Assembly (NCBI GenBank): GCA_949294845.1
Contig: CASFJH010000047.1
Span: 8,712 to 72,711, forward strand
Direction of reading: 5' to 3'
DNA length: 64,000 nucleotides
From: an uncultured Bacillota bacterium
Lineage (GTDB): Bacteria; Bacillota; Clostridia; Christensenellales; Pumilibacteraceae
The translations under genes were made by a program, and so were the position numbers. The notes under the pieces are model-generated. The model worked only from the letters and a program-made list of their open reading frames with translations, ran no database searches and had not been told where the DNA came from. Within the stretch, counting starts at the first letter, position 1. Every line of letters begins with the position of its first letter. This document shows, piece by piece, positions 18,678 to 28,613 of the stretch.

Positions 18678-20388
18678 ATGCAGCGTCCTCCCCGTGCTGC
18701 GATTCGTATATATTTCTGTACGTTTCGCAATTACGCATAAGCTCTTCGTCCGATCCGAAACCGGCGACGCTTCCGCGATCGAGCACCAGAATTTTATCTG
18801 CGAACTTCACCGAGCTGATACGCTGTGCTATCATAACGATAGCGGTATCCTTATAGTTTTCTAATATCGCCTTTCTGAGCCGGGCGTCGGTACGGTAATC
18901 CAACGCGCTCGAAGAATCGTCAAGTATCAGAATTTCGGGGCGCGAAGCAAGCGCCCGGGCGATCAGCAGCCGTTGCTTCTGCCCACCGCTGAAATTGGAG
19001 CCTCTGGCGGTAAGCTTGCTGTCGTATCCGTTTTCAGACGCTTCGATAAAACCTTCCGCCATAGCGTATTCGGCTCCGCGCTTGATTGCGTCGTCTTCTA
19101 ACCCCCGTTCAAAATCGATGTTTTCCCTGACGCTGGCGGCCATGAGAAAATCATTCTGCAGAACGACTCCGAACTTCTCTCGCAAACATGCGGGATCGTA
19201 TGAACGCACGTCGCGGCCGTCTACATACACGGCGCCCTTATCCGCGTCGTAAAATCTCAGTAAGAGCGCGAGTATAGTGGACTTTCCGCTGCCGGTAGCG
19301 CCGATGATACCGAGAGATTCGCCTTTGCGTACGCAAAACGAAACGTTTTTAAGCACGGGAGCTTTTCTGTAACCGAACGTAACGTTATCGAATCGGATTA
19401 CCGCCGACTCCGGATCCGATGGCAAACCGTCGACCGTTGTAAGATCATACGGCGAATTCAGAACAACGCCAATACGCTTGGATGACGCGCTGCCCTTTGA
19501 AAGATTGACGAATATACGGCTTATCGAAATGACCGCGTTAAGAATAATAGTGAAATACGAGGTAAAAGCGATTATTTCGCCCACCTTTGCGTTACCGGCG
19601 CTGACGCGGTAAGCGCCGACCAGTATGACGGCTGTCATTCCGAGATTAAGCAGAAGGTTCATTACCGGATTGGTTATGCCCATGGTTATTCCGGCGCGAG
19701 TCTCGCATTTTACGACTTTTTCGTTTATTTCTTTAAACGAAGCGCTTTCATACTCTGTTTTCGACAATGCTTTTATAACCCGAATGCCTGTATAGTCGTC
19801 GCGCACTTTTCTGACCATGCCGTCAACCGCACGCTGCAGATCGGTATACAATACAATTCCCTTTTTCGAAACCCATATAACCACAAACGCAAGAAACGGA
19901 ACGACGGCAAGCAGAACGAGCGACAGCACCGGCTCTACCGTAAACGTCATGATGATTCCGCCTATGAGCAATATAGGCGCTCTTACTCCGAGCCTCTGCA
20001 TCATTCCTATCATGTTATGCACATTATATGTATCCGACGAAAGTCGTGAAACGAGCGACGGTATTGTAAAATCGTCTGTCTGACCGGCAGAGAGCGCCAA
20101 TGTACGGGAAAACAGGTCGTTTCTTATCCGTTCGGTCGTATCGCGCGCCACCTTTGAGGCCATACGGTTGGCGATAACGTTGCCGAACAAAGCGACGAAT
20201 GCGAACCCAAGCATTATAACGCCCCAGATAATCAGGCGCACCACATCCTTCTGCGGCGCAAGATCGTCAATCATGTATGCCATTATGAGCGGCAGAAAAA
20301 GCTCTGCTACAGTACCGATAAATTTAATTGAAAGTCCCAAAGACATCCGGCGCTTATATGAAGATAAATACTTAAATACGGTTTTCAT
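18667..20388 (-). CDS. ABC exporter fused permease/ATPase, the degenerate-NBD half of a heterodimer
   Basis: Walker A GATGSGKST, signature FSGGQ, Walker B ILILDD (Asp instead of the catalytic Glu), H-loop IAQR (Gln instead of His). Preferred start MKTVFKYL at 20388 gives an ATGA overlap with the MarR stop, with GGAGA upstream. Confidence 0.85.
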   Translation of the reverse strand: MKTVFKYLSSYKRRMSLGLSIKFIGTVAELFLPLIMAYMIDDLAPQKDVVRLIIWGVIMLGFAFVALFGNVIANRMASKVARDTTERIRNDLFSRTLALSAGQTDDFTIPSLVSRLSSDTYNVHNMIGMMQRLGVRAPILLIGGIIMTFTVEPVLSLVLLAVVPFLAFVVIWVSKKGIVLYTDLQRAVDGMVRKVRDDYTGIRVIKALSKTEYESASFKEINEKVVKCETRAGITMGITNPVMNLLLNLGMTAVILVGAYRVSAGNAKVGEIIAFTSYFTIILNAVISISRIFVNLSKGSASSKRIGVVLNSPYDLTTVDGLPSDPESAVIRFDNVTFGYRKAPVLKNVSFCVRKGESLGIIGATGSGKSTILALLLRFYDADKGAVYVDGRDVRSYDPACLREKFGVVLQNDFLMAASVRENIDFERGLEDDAIKRGAEYAMAEGFIEASENGYDSKLTARGSNFSGGQKQRLLIARALASRPEILILDDSSSALDYRTDARLRKAILENYKDTAIVMIAQRISSVKFADKILVLDRGSVAGFGSDEELMRNCETYRNIYESQHGEDAAYEK

Positions 20389-20846
20389 TCGCGCCTGTCT
20401 CCGCAATCACGTTCGGTACATTCGAGTTGCTCGGCAATTTTTCTGGATTTATCGGCAAGCAGCTGCATTGTCGATTCCAGTAAGGCAATTTCTTCTTCCG
20501 GCAGTCCTTCCAGCAGCAAAGAGTTATAATCCGAAAGCACTTCCTTTATAATCGGCACAGCGTCGAAGGCCTTCTCTGTCGGATAAACTCTTAGTATTCT
20601 CTTGTCATCCGGATCCGGAGCGCGCGTAACAAAGCCCTTTTCTTCAAGCGCGGCGAGCTGTCTGGCCGCATTGCTCTTATGCACATAAATGGTTTTTGCA
20701 AGTTTATCCTGTGCAATGCCCGGATTATCGCATACACTGAGAATATATGTGTATTGATAACAACTGAATCCATACTTTTCAAAGCGCGACGCTCTGTAAA
20801 GATTCGCGCATCTCCAGCATATTGCTATATCCCGCATAAAAGACAT
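20385..20846 (-). CDS. MarR-family transcriptional regulator
   Basis: wHTH pattern IAQDKLAKTIYVHKSNAARQLAALEEKGFVTRAPDPDDKRILRVYPTEK. Preferred start MSFMRD at 20846 (GGGAGA upstream); the track ORF extends to 20918. Confidence 0.8.
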   Translation of the reverse strand: MSFMRDIAICWRCANLYRASRFEKYGFSCYQYTYILSVCDNPGIAQDKLAKTIYVHKSNAARQLAALEEKGFVTRAPDPDDKRILRVYPTEKAFDAVPIIKEVLSDYNSLLLEGLPEEEIALLESTMQLLADKSRKIAEQLECTERDCGDRRE

Positions 20847-20938
20847 TTTATAAATATCTCCCATAATAATACTAAAAACAACCCGTATACCGCTATCTCC
20901 CTGCATTACAGCAAGCAAGTACGGCTATCGGCTTAAAC

Positions 20939-20967
20939 GTTGCGCACGCAATCGTTGCGTATGCAAC
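20939..20967. promoter_or_regulatory. Two tandem pseudo-palindromes TTGCGyAyGCAA, a candidate MarR operator
   Basis: GTTGCGCACGCAATCGTTGCGTATGCAAC lies immediately upstream of the MarR/ABC operon. The two half-site pairs have centres 15 bp apart. Confidence 0.4.
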
Positions 20968-21232
20968 TATTGTACATTACAAAAAAAGAAAAGTCAACAA
21001 ATTTCATCCGCTTATAACTCTTTTGTCAAATTTATCGGTTCCCTCTTAATGTCATCAGCCATGAGTTCTATATTATGCGTGGCATACTATGTAAATTATT
21101 ATTTTTTTTATATATTTTCCGCACGATTCAATGTAAAGTCTATATTAATTATCAGCTTATAAAAGTATTATATATTTAATACATTGATTATTAAATTTTG
21201 GGATTTAACCGGCTTTCATCTTGCTTCCCCGA

Positions 21233-21263
21233 CAAAAAAAACAGCCGCGGATTTAAGCGGCTG
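21233..21263 (-). terminator. Rho-independent terminator after the GH78-like gene
   Basis: On the minus strand: CAGCCGC-ttaaatcc-GCGGCTG followed by TTTTTTTT. Confidence 0.7.
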
Positions 21264-21316
21264 AAAAATTATGTTTTTATAACTATAAATAATTCCATCG
21301 AAACACTGACGCGTTT

Positions 21317-23239
21317 TTAACGGCGAGATCCGTTATTAAAAATATGATAATAATATACGGGCATCGCGCTCCAACCGTGGCAAAGGCTGCCGGCTCCGTC
21401 AAAATCCTCTTCTCCCCGTTCGGTTTCCCACACGGAGGTTGCGCCGGACGCAAGCATTTTTCCGTAAACGTCGTCGATATCCGACATAATGTATTTTTTG
21501 TAAGCTCCGCATTTCAGCAATGCGTCATAAATAAAGCATTTCATGGAAAGAGTAATTTTCGTCCAATCGTTTTCACCGGTAAGACGCTCCGCAATAAGTT
21601 TTTTGCTACGCTCGTCTGCTGCGCCGCACAATATCGCGAGGCTGTTCCCCAACTCGGAATACGACTTCGAATCTGGATACATGGCATAATACCCTTCTTC
21701 CGTTTTAAAAACGCGGTTGATTGAATCGCGCGTCTCTTCCGCAGCGCGCAAATAGCGCGTTTCAGGCTTTCCCAGCCTGCGGCATATCGAAGACATATGT
21801 GAAAGCGCCATTACAAACAATGCGTTAAGAAGGAGATCTTTTACGCCGTCAGGATCGGCGTTACCGAGATTTCCAGCTAAACCGTCGGCCCACTCATAAA
21901 AATTCCAGTACCCTTGTCCGGAAAAATCGGCAACCAGTCCGTCGTTGTCCATTCTCGCAAAGAATGCGTCTAAAATTCCTTCCAATACGGAAAAAACATC
22001 TTCAGCAAGCGTAGTATCTTTTGAATATTCGGTATATTCGTCCACCTCTGTAAAATAGTGAAGCGAAAACGAAGGAATCGTCAGATCGACTCCGGCAGGG
22101 CTGCATATCGACAAAAGCCCGTCCTCTCTTGCGTTAAGCGCCATTAGTTTAAGACTGGCTTTTGCCATGCCGAATTCACCGAAAGCATAATATCCGCAAA
22201 GCATCTGATTGCGACTGTCTAACGCATACAGCGCCTGCTCTCTCCACGGGCAGTCCTCATAATGGTCATGAATACATAATTTTAAAGTATCTATGCAAAC
22301 TCTGTAAATTCGCTCCCGAAGCCCTTTACCCGCACAAAACGGAATTTCGGATAAAGGGTAAACCACCGGCCTTAATGTTGCGCGCTTGATATCAATCGGC
22401 TGCTCTGACTCTATCTCCAGATATCTGCATCCGAGCCGTCTGAAAGTATCGTGCCATTTATTAATACCGGCTGATGCTATAAACGTTACGCTGAAATCCC
22501 TGTCATCTATTATTCGGCGCACCCGACCGTCCGTCATATGCTCTCCGTAAGAAACAATCAATTTTTGTCTGCAAGACGAATATATTTCCAGATCGAGAAA
22601 ACCGACAGTCTCTCGCCCTAGATCAACGCGATAATATGTATCGGAAAGCTTGCTCAGCGCGCAGTCCGCGCAATCGAGCATTACGGTTTTTCTTACCGGT
22701 CTCGGATAAAATTCGTAAGATTTGTCTACAACCGAGCTTTCGGAGAAACCGCCGACCTCTTCAGACTCGCCTGTCTGCCAACCGTCGCGCCCTGAAAAAT
22801 CGTAATAATAAGAAAATCCGAGCTGTTTTGTAATACGCTTTCTTCTGTGACTTAAGTAAGTACGGCTCAGCCGGGACAGTGTTTTTTCGCTGCTTGCAGC
22901 CACAGTGCGACCGTCCGACGCCACCTCGTATATAAGTCCTGCCGAAGCTTTTTTATACGTCTGAAAATTCTCGCCGTAATACCATGCTTTTATTGCGAGG
23001 ATATTGACTCCCTGTCCGATATTATCCGATATGTCTACAACGTCGTAAACCTTGTGAGTCTCGAAGTCCGGATACTGTCCGAAAGCACACATTTTGCCGT
23101 TAACAAAAACGGTATAATCGGAATCGCATGAAATATAAAGCAGCGTTTTTCCCGAAGCAAAAAATTTATCTTTAAAATCGCAGAACTCATCAGGTTGAGC
23201 ATTCGTGTCATTCCATATCCAGCGCGCACTGGTAAACAT
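21317..23239 (-). CDS. GH78-like (alpha-L-rhamnosidase family) six-hairpin glycosidase
   Basis: Start MFTSARWIWNDTN (ATG 23239, GAGGTG upstream). The N-terminus resembles rhamnosidase N-domains. DCPWREQALYALDSRN resembles the GH78 catalytic-domain motif. Confidence 0.6.
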   Translation of the reverse strand: MFTSARWIWNDTNAQPDEFCDFKDKFFASGKTLLYISCDSDYTVFVNGKMCAFGQYPDFETHKVYDVVDISDNIGQGVNILAIKAWYYGENFQTYKKASAGLIYEVASDGRTVAASSEKTLSRLSRTYLSHRRKRITKQLGFSYYYDFSGRDGWQTGESEEVGGFSESSVVDKSYEFYPRPVRKTVMLDCADCALSKLSDTYYRVDLGRETVGFLDLEIYSSCRQKLIVSYGEHMTDGRVRRIIDDRDFSVTFIASAGINKWHDTFRRLGCRYLEIESEQPIDIKRATLRPVVYPLSEIPFCAGKGLRERIYRVCIDTLKLCIHDHYEDCPWREQALYALDSRNQMLCGYYAFGEFGMAKASLKLMALNAREDGLLSICSPAGVDLTIPSFSLHYFTEVDEYTEYSKDTTLAEDVFSVLEGILDAFFARMDNDGLVADFSGQGYWNFYEWADGLAGNLGNADPDGVKDLLLNALFVMALSHMSSICRRLGKPETRYLRAAEETRDSINRVFKTEEGYYAMYPDSKSYSELGNSLAILCGAADERSKKLIAERLTGENDWTKITLSMKCFIYDALLKCGAYKKYIMSDIDDVYGKMLASGATSVWETERGEEDFDGAGSLCHGWSAMPVYYYHIFNNGSRR

Positions 23240-23305
23240 AAAAGAACACCTCGATAATGATGCTAAAATTATACCAGCAACAGCTAAATATGTCAATTTA
23301 ATTTG

Positions 23306-23896
23306 TCATATGCCGCTGTAGATAAAATCTTCAGCGCTTTCAGCCGTCTCAGCGCACAACCCGATTATGCGCTCGTATCCCCCGACAATTTCGGTTTCCA
23401 TACGGTATTGCGCCGAAATCTTATGTACTTCCGCAATCGCCGAGCGTGCTTCAATGCACGCTTGCGCAATCGGCCGAATGGCGTCATTCGCCTTTTTATA
23501 TAAGCGCAGTCCGTCTGTCGCGCAAACCAACCTTGAGCATAACGCTTCTGCTGTTCCAGCGCACAATATATCGCCGTATGAAACGGAGCGCAAGGCTTTC
23601 AGATAATATCTGTCTGCCGTCATTATAATACCGAAAGCAAGGCGACGAAAGCTTCTCATAAGCCGAATTATATATATCGGCTCAGCAGGCGCAACCAAAG
23701 AACCCGAAATTTTCTTACAAATTACATCGTATTGTTTCTGCATGTTCTTTTCTTCCGATAGCATAAATTTTACGTTGTTTGCTGCCTTGATCAGCGAATA
23801 ATTCTTAACTATGTCTGACATAGTTCTTGCACATGCTTCGATTCCGCGAGCGCATGAGGAAAATATGTCAAAATATTCGGCGTCTTTTTTATTCAT
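23306..23896 (-). CDS. DUF47 / PhoU-like protein associated with the Pit transporter
   Basis: 196-aa helical protein starting 2 nt after the PiT stop. DUF47 and PiT are a known gene pair. Confidence 0.55.
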   Translation of the reverse strand: MNKKDAEYFDIFSSCARGIEACARTMSDIVKNYSLIKAANNVKFMLSEEKNMQKQYDVICKKISGSLVAPAEPIYIIRLMRSFRRLAFGIIMTADRYYLKALRSVSYGDILCAGTAEALCSRLVCATDGLRLYKKANDAIRPIAQACIEARSAIAEVHKISAQYRMETEIVGGYERIIGLCAETAESAEDFIYSGI

Positions 23897-23897
23897 A

Positions 23898-24932
23898 TCA
23901 TATCGCTGCCGTAAACGCTTTTGCGGCAGCGTACCCGATAATGCCGCATCCCGGAAAAGTAAGAAGCCATGCCGAAAACATATCTGAAAACACTTTGAAA
24001 TTCACCGATGAGCGTCTTTTCGCCAAGCCGACCCCTATTAACGCGGTCGTTTTCGTATGCGTGGTGCTGACAGGCATACCGGCAAGAGACGCGGTCAGCA
24101 GACACAAAGCCGAAGCGGTATCTGCTGCAAATCCCTGATATTTTTCTACTCTGACCATATCTCGCCCCACCGTCCGTATTATTCTTTTACCTCCGACGCA
24201 GGTGCCTGCGCACATCACAACGGAGCAGCTTATCAATAAAAACGGCTGCACTATCTGCGTTTGTCCGCTGCCTATCCCCGCAAGCGCAGCCGCAAGCTGA
24301 AGTATTCCCATAAATTTCTGACCGTCCTGAGCTCCGTGCATAAAACCGTTAGCGGCCGCGCCGAAAATCTGAGCTGCGGAAAACGCTCTGTTGCCCTGTC
24401 GCCTGGATATTCGTCTTCCGGCAAGAATTACTGCTTTACAAAGCGTGAATCCGGCAATTATGCCGCCGACAACCGAAAACAGCAGTCCGTAAATTACTTT
24501 AAGCCACTGCGACCATACAATAGCGCTTACCCCTCTGAGCCCGATTGCCGCGCCGCAAAGTCCGGCAATCAGCGCATGGCTTTCGCTTGTGGGGATGCCG
24601 AAAACCCATGCGGCGACAGCCCAGACTACTATAGCGACTAACGCGGCGCAAAGCGCAGTTATAGCCAGACGGTTATCCGAACCGAAATCGGCCATAGTAC
24701 CGATCGTCACCGCTACCCGAGGAAAAAACAAGCCGGCGGCAAGCGCGCCCGACAGATTGCAGACGGCCGCCATGATAATCGCAGCTGTGGGACTCAGACA
24801 TCGGGTAGTCACGCAAGTAGCTATCGCGTTTGGTGCGTCAGTCCAGCCGTTTACAAACACTACGGCAAAAGTAAGCGCGACAGAAAGAGCGAGCAATCCC
24901 GGAAATTCGCTATATATCGTCAAAGCGGACAA
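23898..24932 (-). CDS. Inorganic phosphate transporter, PiT family
   Basis: 344-aa polytopic protein with the PHO4 signature NGWTDAPNAIAT. Confidence 0.85.
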   Translation of the reverse strand: MSALTIYSEFPGLLALSVALTFAVVFVNGWTDAPNAIATCVTTRCLSPTAAIIMAAVCNLSGALAAGLFFPRVAVTIGTMADFGSDNRLAITALCAALVAIVVWAVAAWVFGIPTSESHALIAGLCGAAIGLRGVSAIVWSQWLKVIYGLLFSVVGGIIAGFTLCKAVILAGRRISRRQGNRAFSAAQIFGAAANGFMHGAQDGQKFMGILQLAAALAGIGSGQTQIVQPFLLISCSVVMCAGTCVGGKRIIRTVGRDMVRVEKYQGFAADTASALCLLTASLAGMPVSTTHTKTTALIGVGLAKRRSSVNFKVFSDMFSAWLLTFPGCGIIGYAAAKAFTAAI

Positions 24933-25009
24933 TATAATAAAATCCCCTCCCGCTATTTAATATGCGGCAAAGGAGCCGATTATGTCAAATAGCACATCCG
25001 CTGTCAGAA

Positions 25010-26062
25010 TCAGATCAGTCGGCTCAATACTCCGTAAACTTTTTCGGCCATACGCGAAAAGCCGAGGTCGTCAGGGTGACAGCCGTCTACGGTACAGCAG
25101 TCCCTGTTGCGGCGGCCGAACAGCGCCGCGCCGTCGATAAAGTAAACGTTGCAGTCGTTTGACGACAGCGCTTTGCTGTATGTATCGCGCACTATCAACC
25201 GGTTACGCACGTCCATAGGCCGCGTCTTATTATAATCGGGTCTGCTCATAAACACTACAGGCGTTAACGGCTGCGCGGCTCTGAACGTTCTGTAAAGGTT
25301 GTAATGGGTAGCTTCCAGCATTTCAGACGTATCGGCGTTATGATCGTAATCGCATATAAAGACAGAACAGTCTATTCCGGAAATATACTCGGCCATTGCC
25401 TGCTCACCCTTACAGTTTCCGCTGAATCCCAGATTGATAAAATCGGAATCGAGCATTCTCGCCACCACCGCGTCATAAGAGTTGCCCGGCCGCGAAGCGC
25501 AGCCGCCCTGAGTTATGGAAGAACCGTAAAAAAGCAACGGACGAGTATGACTGTAAGGCGCAGGAGCGGCCACCTCGGCTGAAGCCGATAAGCCGATATA
25601 CAGCATATCCAACGAATTATACAGCGGCATATAAAGGGTGATTTCTCTCAACCTGCGGTCGGCAAATTTAATAATGCCGGAATATCCGCCGTTAGCGCGT
25701 ATAACAGCAGTTTCGTCAGTGTTAAAAACACCGTAAAACACATTATCGACATACAGAGAAAACCCGTGGACTCCGCATCTCGGCATATGATACATATCGT
25801 TCACTTCGGACATAAGGCATTTGATTGCAACATACGGAGAGTCGGTCGCAAATCTCACGCGGCCGCCCGAAGTATTACGAGACAAAACGCCCACATTAAC
25901 GCTTACGCTTTCCGCCACGTCCTCAGGCATACGCCGATAACACGTTCCGTCATGAAATACGCCGTAAATTTTAAAGGGCGCCTCAAGCGCAGAATAGAAA
26001 ATCAAGTCCGGTTCATCATATCTTTCGCGCGCGAAATTTGAATCCAGTTCCTCTATTTTCAT
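25010..26062 (-). CDS. SGNH/GDSL-type hydrolase
   Basis: Start MKIEELDSNF at 26062 (ATGA overlap with the upstream stop). Block I motif FYGSSITQG. C-terminal DGCHPDD block (SGNH block V, D-x-x-H). Confidence 0.65.
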   Translation of the reverse strand: MKIEELDSNFARERYDEPDLIFYSALEAPFKIYGVFHDGTCYRRMPEDVAESVSVNVGVLSRNTSGGRVRFATDSPYVAIKCLMSEVNDMYHMPRCGVHGFSLYVDNVFYGVFNTDETAVIRANGGYSGIIKFADRRLREITLYMPLYNSLDMLYIGLSASAEVAAPAPYSHTRPLLFYGSSITQGGCASRPGNSYDAVVARMLDSDFINLGFSGNCKGEQAMAEYISGIDCSVFICDYDHNADTSEMLEATHYNLYRTFRAAQPLTPVVFMSRPDYNKTRPMDVRNRLIVRDTYSKALSSNDCNVYFIDGAALFGRRNRDCCTVDGCHPDDLGFSRMAEKVYGVLSRLI

Positions 26063-26748
26063 AAGCGATCTCCCGTACTTTCCTTTGGCGCTTGGGCAAA
26101 TTTTTTTGCGTACCGTCTGGAAATAAACAGCGCGTACAAGCACATAGCTACTGCCGCGCACAACAAAATGATCAGAGAAACGTAACCTCGCACAAATGAA
26201 ATTGCCGTGCCGATTACGGCAAAGCCTATAATAATCACATAGCTGCAGTTCTTATGCGTTGCGTCCCATACTGCGGCTGACGAATATGTATACGGGTTGC
26301 GGAATCCGAGCGAATCGTTCGGCTTAAGATCGTATACCGGAACTCCAAGAAGAGAAATCAGATACGCAAGACAGACGCTGATAACTCCTACAAAATCGAA
26401 TTGCTTCAATACGTCAGCGTTGTTTACCTGCTCTATAAGCTGATACAGCACGAAACACAGAAAAGCAAGACTTATCACAATCGAACCGATTGTAACCGCA
26501 TAATAGTTGCGCTCTATTATTCTTCTGTTGCGCAGATAGCCGGCTATCAGAACCGCAGTAATCGGCACCAGGCAAAATATTCCTATAATGAGATTGCGGT
26601 TCTTGGAAACCGTCTCGATTTCCTTCCCCAAAATTACCATAATAGGAACTTCGTCCGGTAAAAACTGGAGCGCTATAGCCATGATAGAAAAAGGCAATAC
26701 TCCGATGACAAGACTTATGGCAAAACACCACCTGTCGACTTTAATCAC
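26059..26748 (-). CDS. DUF1648/SdpI-like polytopic membrane protein
   Basis: 229 aa with about 6 TM segments. The N-terminal LQFLPDEVPI resembles the DUF1648 motif. Confidence 0.4.
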   Translation of the reverse strand: MIKVDRWCFAISLVIGVLPFSIMAIALQFLPDEVPIMVILGKEIETVSKNRNLIIGIFCLVPITAVLIAGYLRNRRIIERNYYAVTIGSIVISLAFLCFVLYQLIEQVNNADVLKQFDFVGVISVCLAYLISLLGVPVYDLKPNDSLGFRNPYTYSSAAVWDATHKNCSYVIIIGFAVIGTAISFVRGYVSLIILLCAAVAMCLYALFISRRYAKKFAQAPKESTGDRL

Positions 26749-26823
26749 ATTTCCTCCGTAAAAGCAAGCTATCGTATATCACTAATTATAATCTTTTTAC
26801 GCCGATATGTCAAATTAAACGTA

Positions 26824-28269
26824 TCAAAAGCGCAATTCGTCCAATATGCGCGAAGCTGTGACGGCCTCTTGCCCGTATTTTTCTTCCGCAGTCTCTCCGG
26901 CAAGCCCGAATTTACAACAGCCGAGGGCGGCCGACAACAAAGAATCGTTATAGGCGCCGAGCGCGGCAATAATACCGGCGAGCGCATCGCCGCTTCCCCC
27001 TTTGGCCATGCCGGCGCACCCCGTTACATTGAAATAAGTCTTGTTTCCGTCCGTTATTACCGTTGCGGCTGACTTTGCGGCAACCGTACAACCGTTTTTT
27101 GACGCGAGTCGGACAGCGTCGGAATAAACGTCGCCCGTATTATCGGTAAGCCGATACAGCTCCCCAATGTGCGGCGTTAAAACAATCTTGCATTTTGCGC
27201 CGGAGCAGTATAATTGACGTGCCGCCATCGCATTCAGCCCGTCTGCGTCGACTATAAGCGTACCGGTAAAGTTTTTAAAAAGAAACTCTATCACGTCGGC
27301 GACTGCCGAATTGCGCCCCAACCCGTTGCCGATAAGTATCGAGTCGGCCTTTTCGGCTATCTCTCCCATTGAGCTTTTATCAAAAACGATCGCTCCGTTC
27401 TTGTCAGGCAGAGGCTTAAGCATGACTTCCGGTATTCGAGCGGAAAAAACGTCGCACAACGACTCGGGAACGCACAGAGTAACATACCCGGCGCCCGAAT
27501 ACAGCGCACCTCTAGCGGCAATAATGGCCGCGCCCGGCATTTGCCGGCTGCCGGCTATAATAAACACTCTCCCGTAATCGCCCTTGTGCGTCACTCGCTT
27601 TCTTTTATAAAGCTCCAGGCATCCGGTAAGACAATCGCCGGAAGCCTTAATGCCGATATTTTTAAGCTCTATACTCCCCGCGCAGTTAAGTCCGTCTCCA
27701 AGCACCATCCCGCGCTTTAAGGCCGTAAAAGTTACCGTCGTATCTGCATATACAGCTTCTGACAGTATTCTTCCGGTGTTGCCGTCCAATCCGGACGGTA
27801 TATCCACGGAGACGATATATGCGCCGCTCGAATTGATGCGCCTTATAGTTTCGAGATATTCTCCCGAAGGCGGCCGCGTAAGCCCTATTCCGAACAGCGC
27901 GTCGACTATAATATCAGCGCCCGCGAACCTGTCCGTAACCAATCCTTTCTCTGCCGCAATTTTATATCTTACGAGATTTTCGGAATTTCTCTTACTTCCT
28001 ACGGTAATTACCGAAACGTCGTATTTATGATAATGTAATTTCAATGCCAGACTGAGCCCGTCGCTTCCGTTATTGCCGCAGCCGCATACGATAAGCGTTC
28101 GTTTGCCTGCGCATAATCCTTTTACCGAATCGAACAGCGCGTCGGCGGCACGCTCTATCAGTTCGGATTCCGATATCCCGTCGCGTATTATTTCGGCCTC
28201 GGCGGCGCGGATTTCCCCTACGGACATGACGTATTCGGGCGTGCTCGCGACATAGATCCTGCCGTTCAT
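26824..28269 (-). CDS. nnr: Bifunctional NAD(P)H-hydrate repair enzyme (epimerase/dehydratase)
   Basis: YjeF-N motif CGCGNNGSDG and carbohydrate-kinase part HKGDYGRVFIIAGS. ATGA overlap with acpS. Confidence 0.85.
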   Translation of the reverse strand: MNGRIYVASTPEYVMSVGEIRAAEAEIIRDGISESELIERAADALFDSVKGLCAGKRTLIVCGCGNNGSDGLSLALKLHYHKYDVSVITVGSKRNSENLVRYKIAAEKGLVTDRFAGADIIVDALFGIGLTRPPSGEYLETIRRINSSGAYIVSVDIPSGLDGNTGRILSEAVYADTTVTFTALKRGMVLGDGLNCAGSIELKNIGIKASGDCLTGCLELYKRKRVTHKGDYGRVFIIAGSRQMPGAAIIAARGALYSGAGYVTLCVPESLCDVFSARIPEVMLKPLPDKNGAIVFDKSSMGEIAEKADSILIGNGLGRNSAVADVIEFLFKNFTGTLIVDADGLNAMAARQLYCSGAKCKIVLTPHIGELYRLTDNTGDVYSDAVRLASKNGCTVAAKSAATVITDGNKTYFNVTGCAGMAKGGSGDALAGIIAALGAYNDSLLSAALGCCKFGLAGETAEEKYGQEAVTASRILDELRF

Positions 28270-28613
28270 ACCTTTTCCTCCAAAATCACCACGGCGGCTG
28301 CCGACGAGCGATTATGCGTAATACTGACATGAGCCTTGCGACCTGCGGCAATCTCCGCCGCCTTGCCCGTAAAATTGATATACGGCGCGCCGTTTATGTC
28401 GTGCAATATTTCCACTTCTCTGTGAGAAATACCGTTAAACCCCGTTCCCAAAGCCTTTACGGCCGCTTCCTTGGCGGCAAAAATTCCCGCCAGACTTTCC
28501 GGCCGGCCGGCGGCATACTCGCTTTCACGCTGCGTATAGATTCTCGCAACAAAATGCTCTTTCTGCGCCGCCGCAGCTATCCTGTCAATTTCAATAAGAT
28601 CAATTCCCAGCAT
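28266..28613 (-). CDS. acpS: Holo-[acyl-carrier-protein] synthase
   Basis: 115 aa. MLGIDLIEIDRI..., FAAKEAAVKALG. Confidence 0.9.
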   Translation of the reverse strand: MLGIDLIEIDRIAAAAQKEHFVARIYTQRESEYAAGRPESLAGIFAAKEAAVKALGTGFNGISHREVEILHDINGAPYINFTGKAAEIAAGRKAHVSITHNRSSAAAVVILEEKV

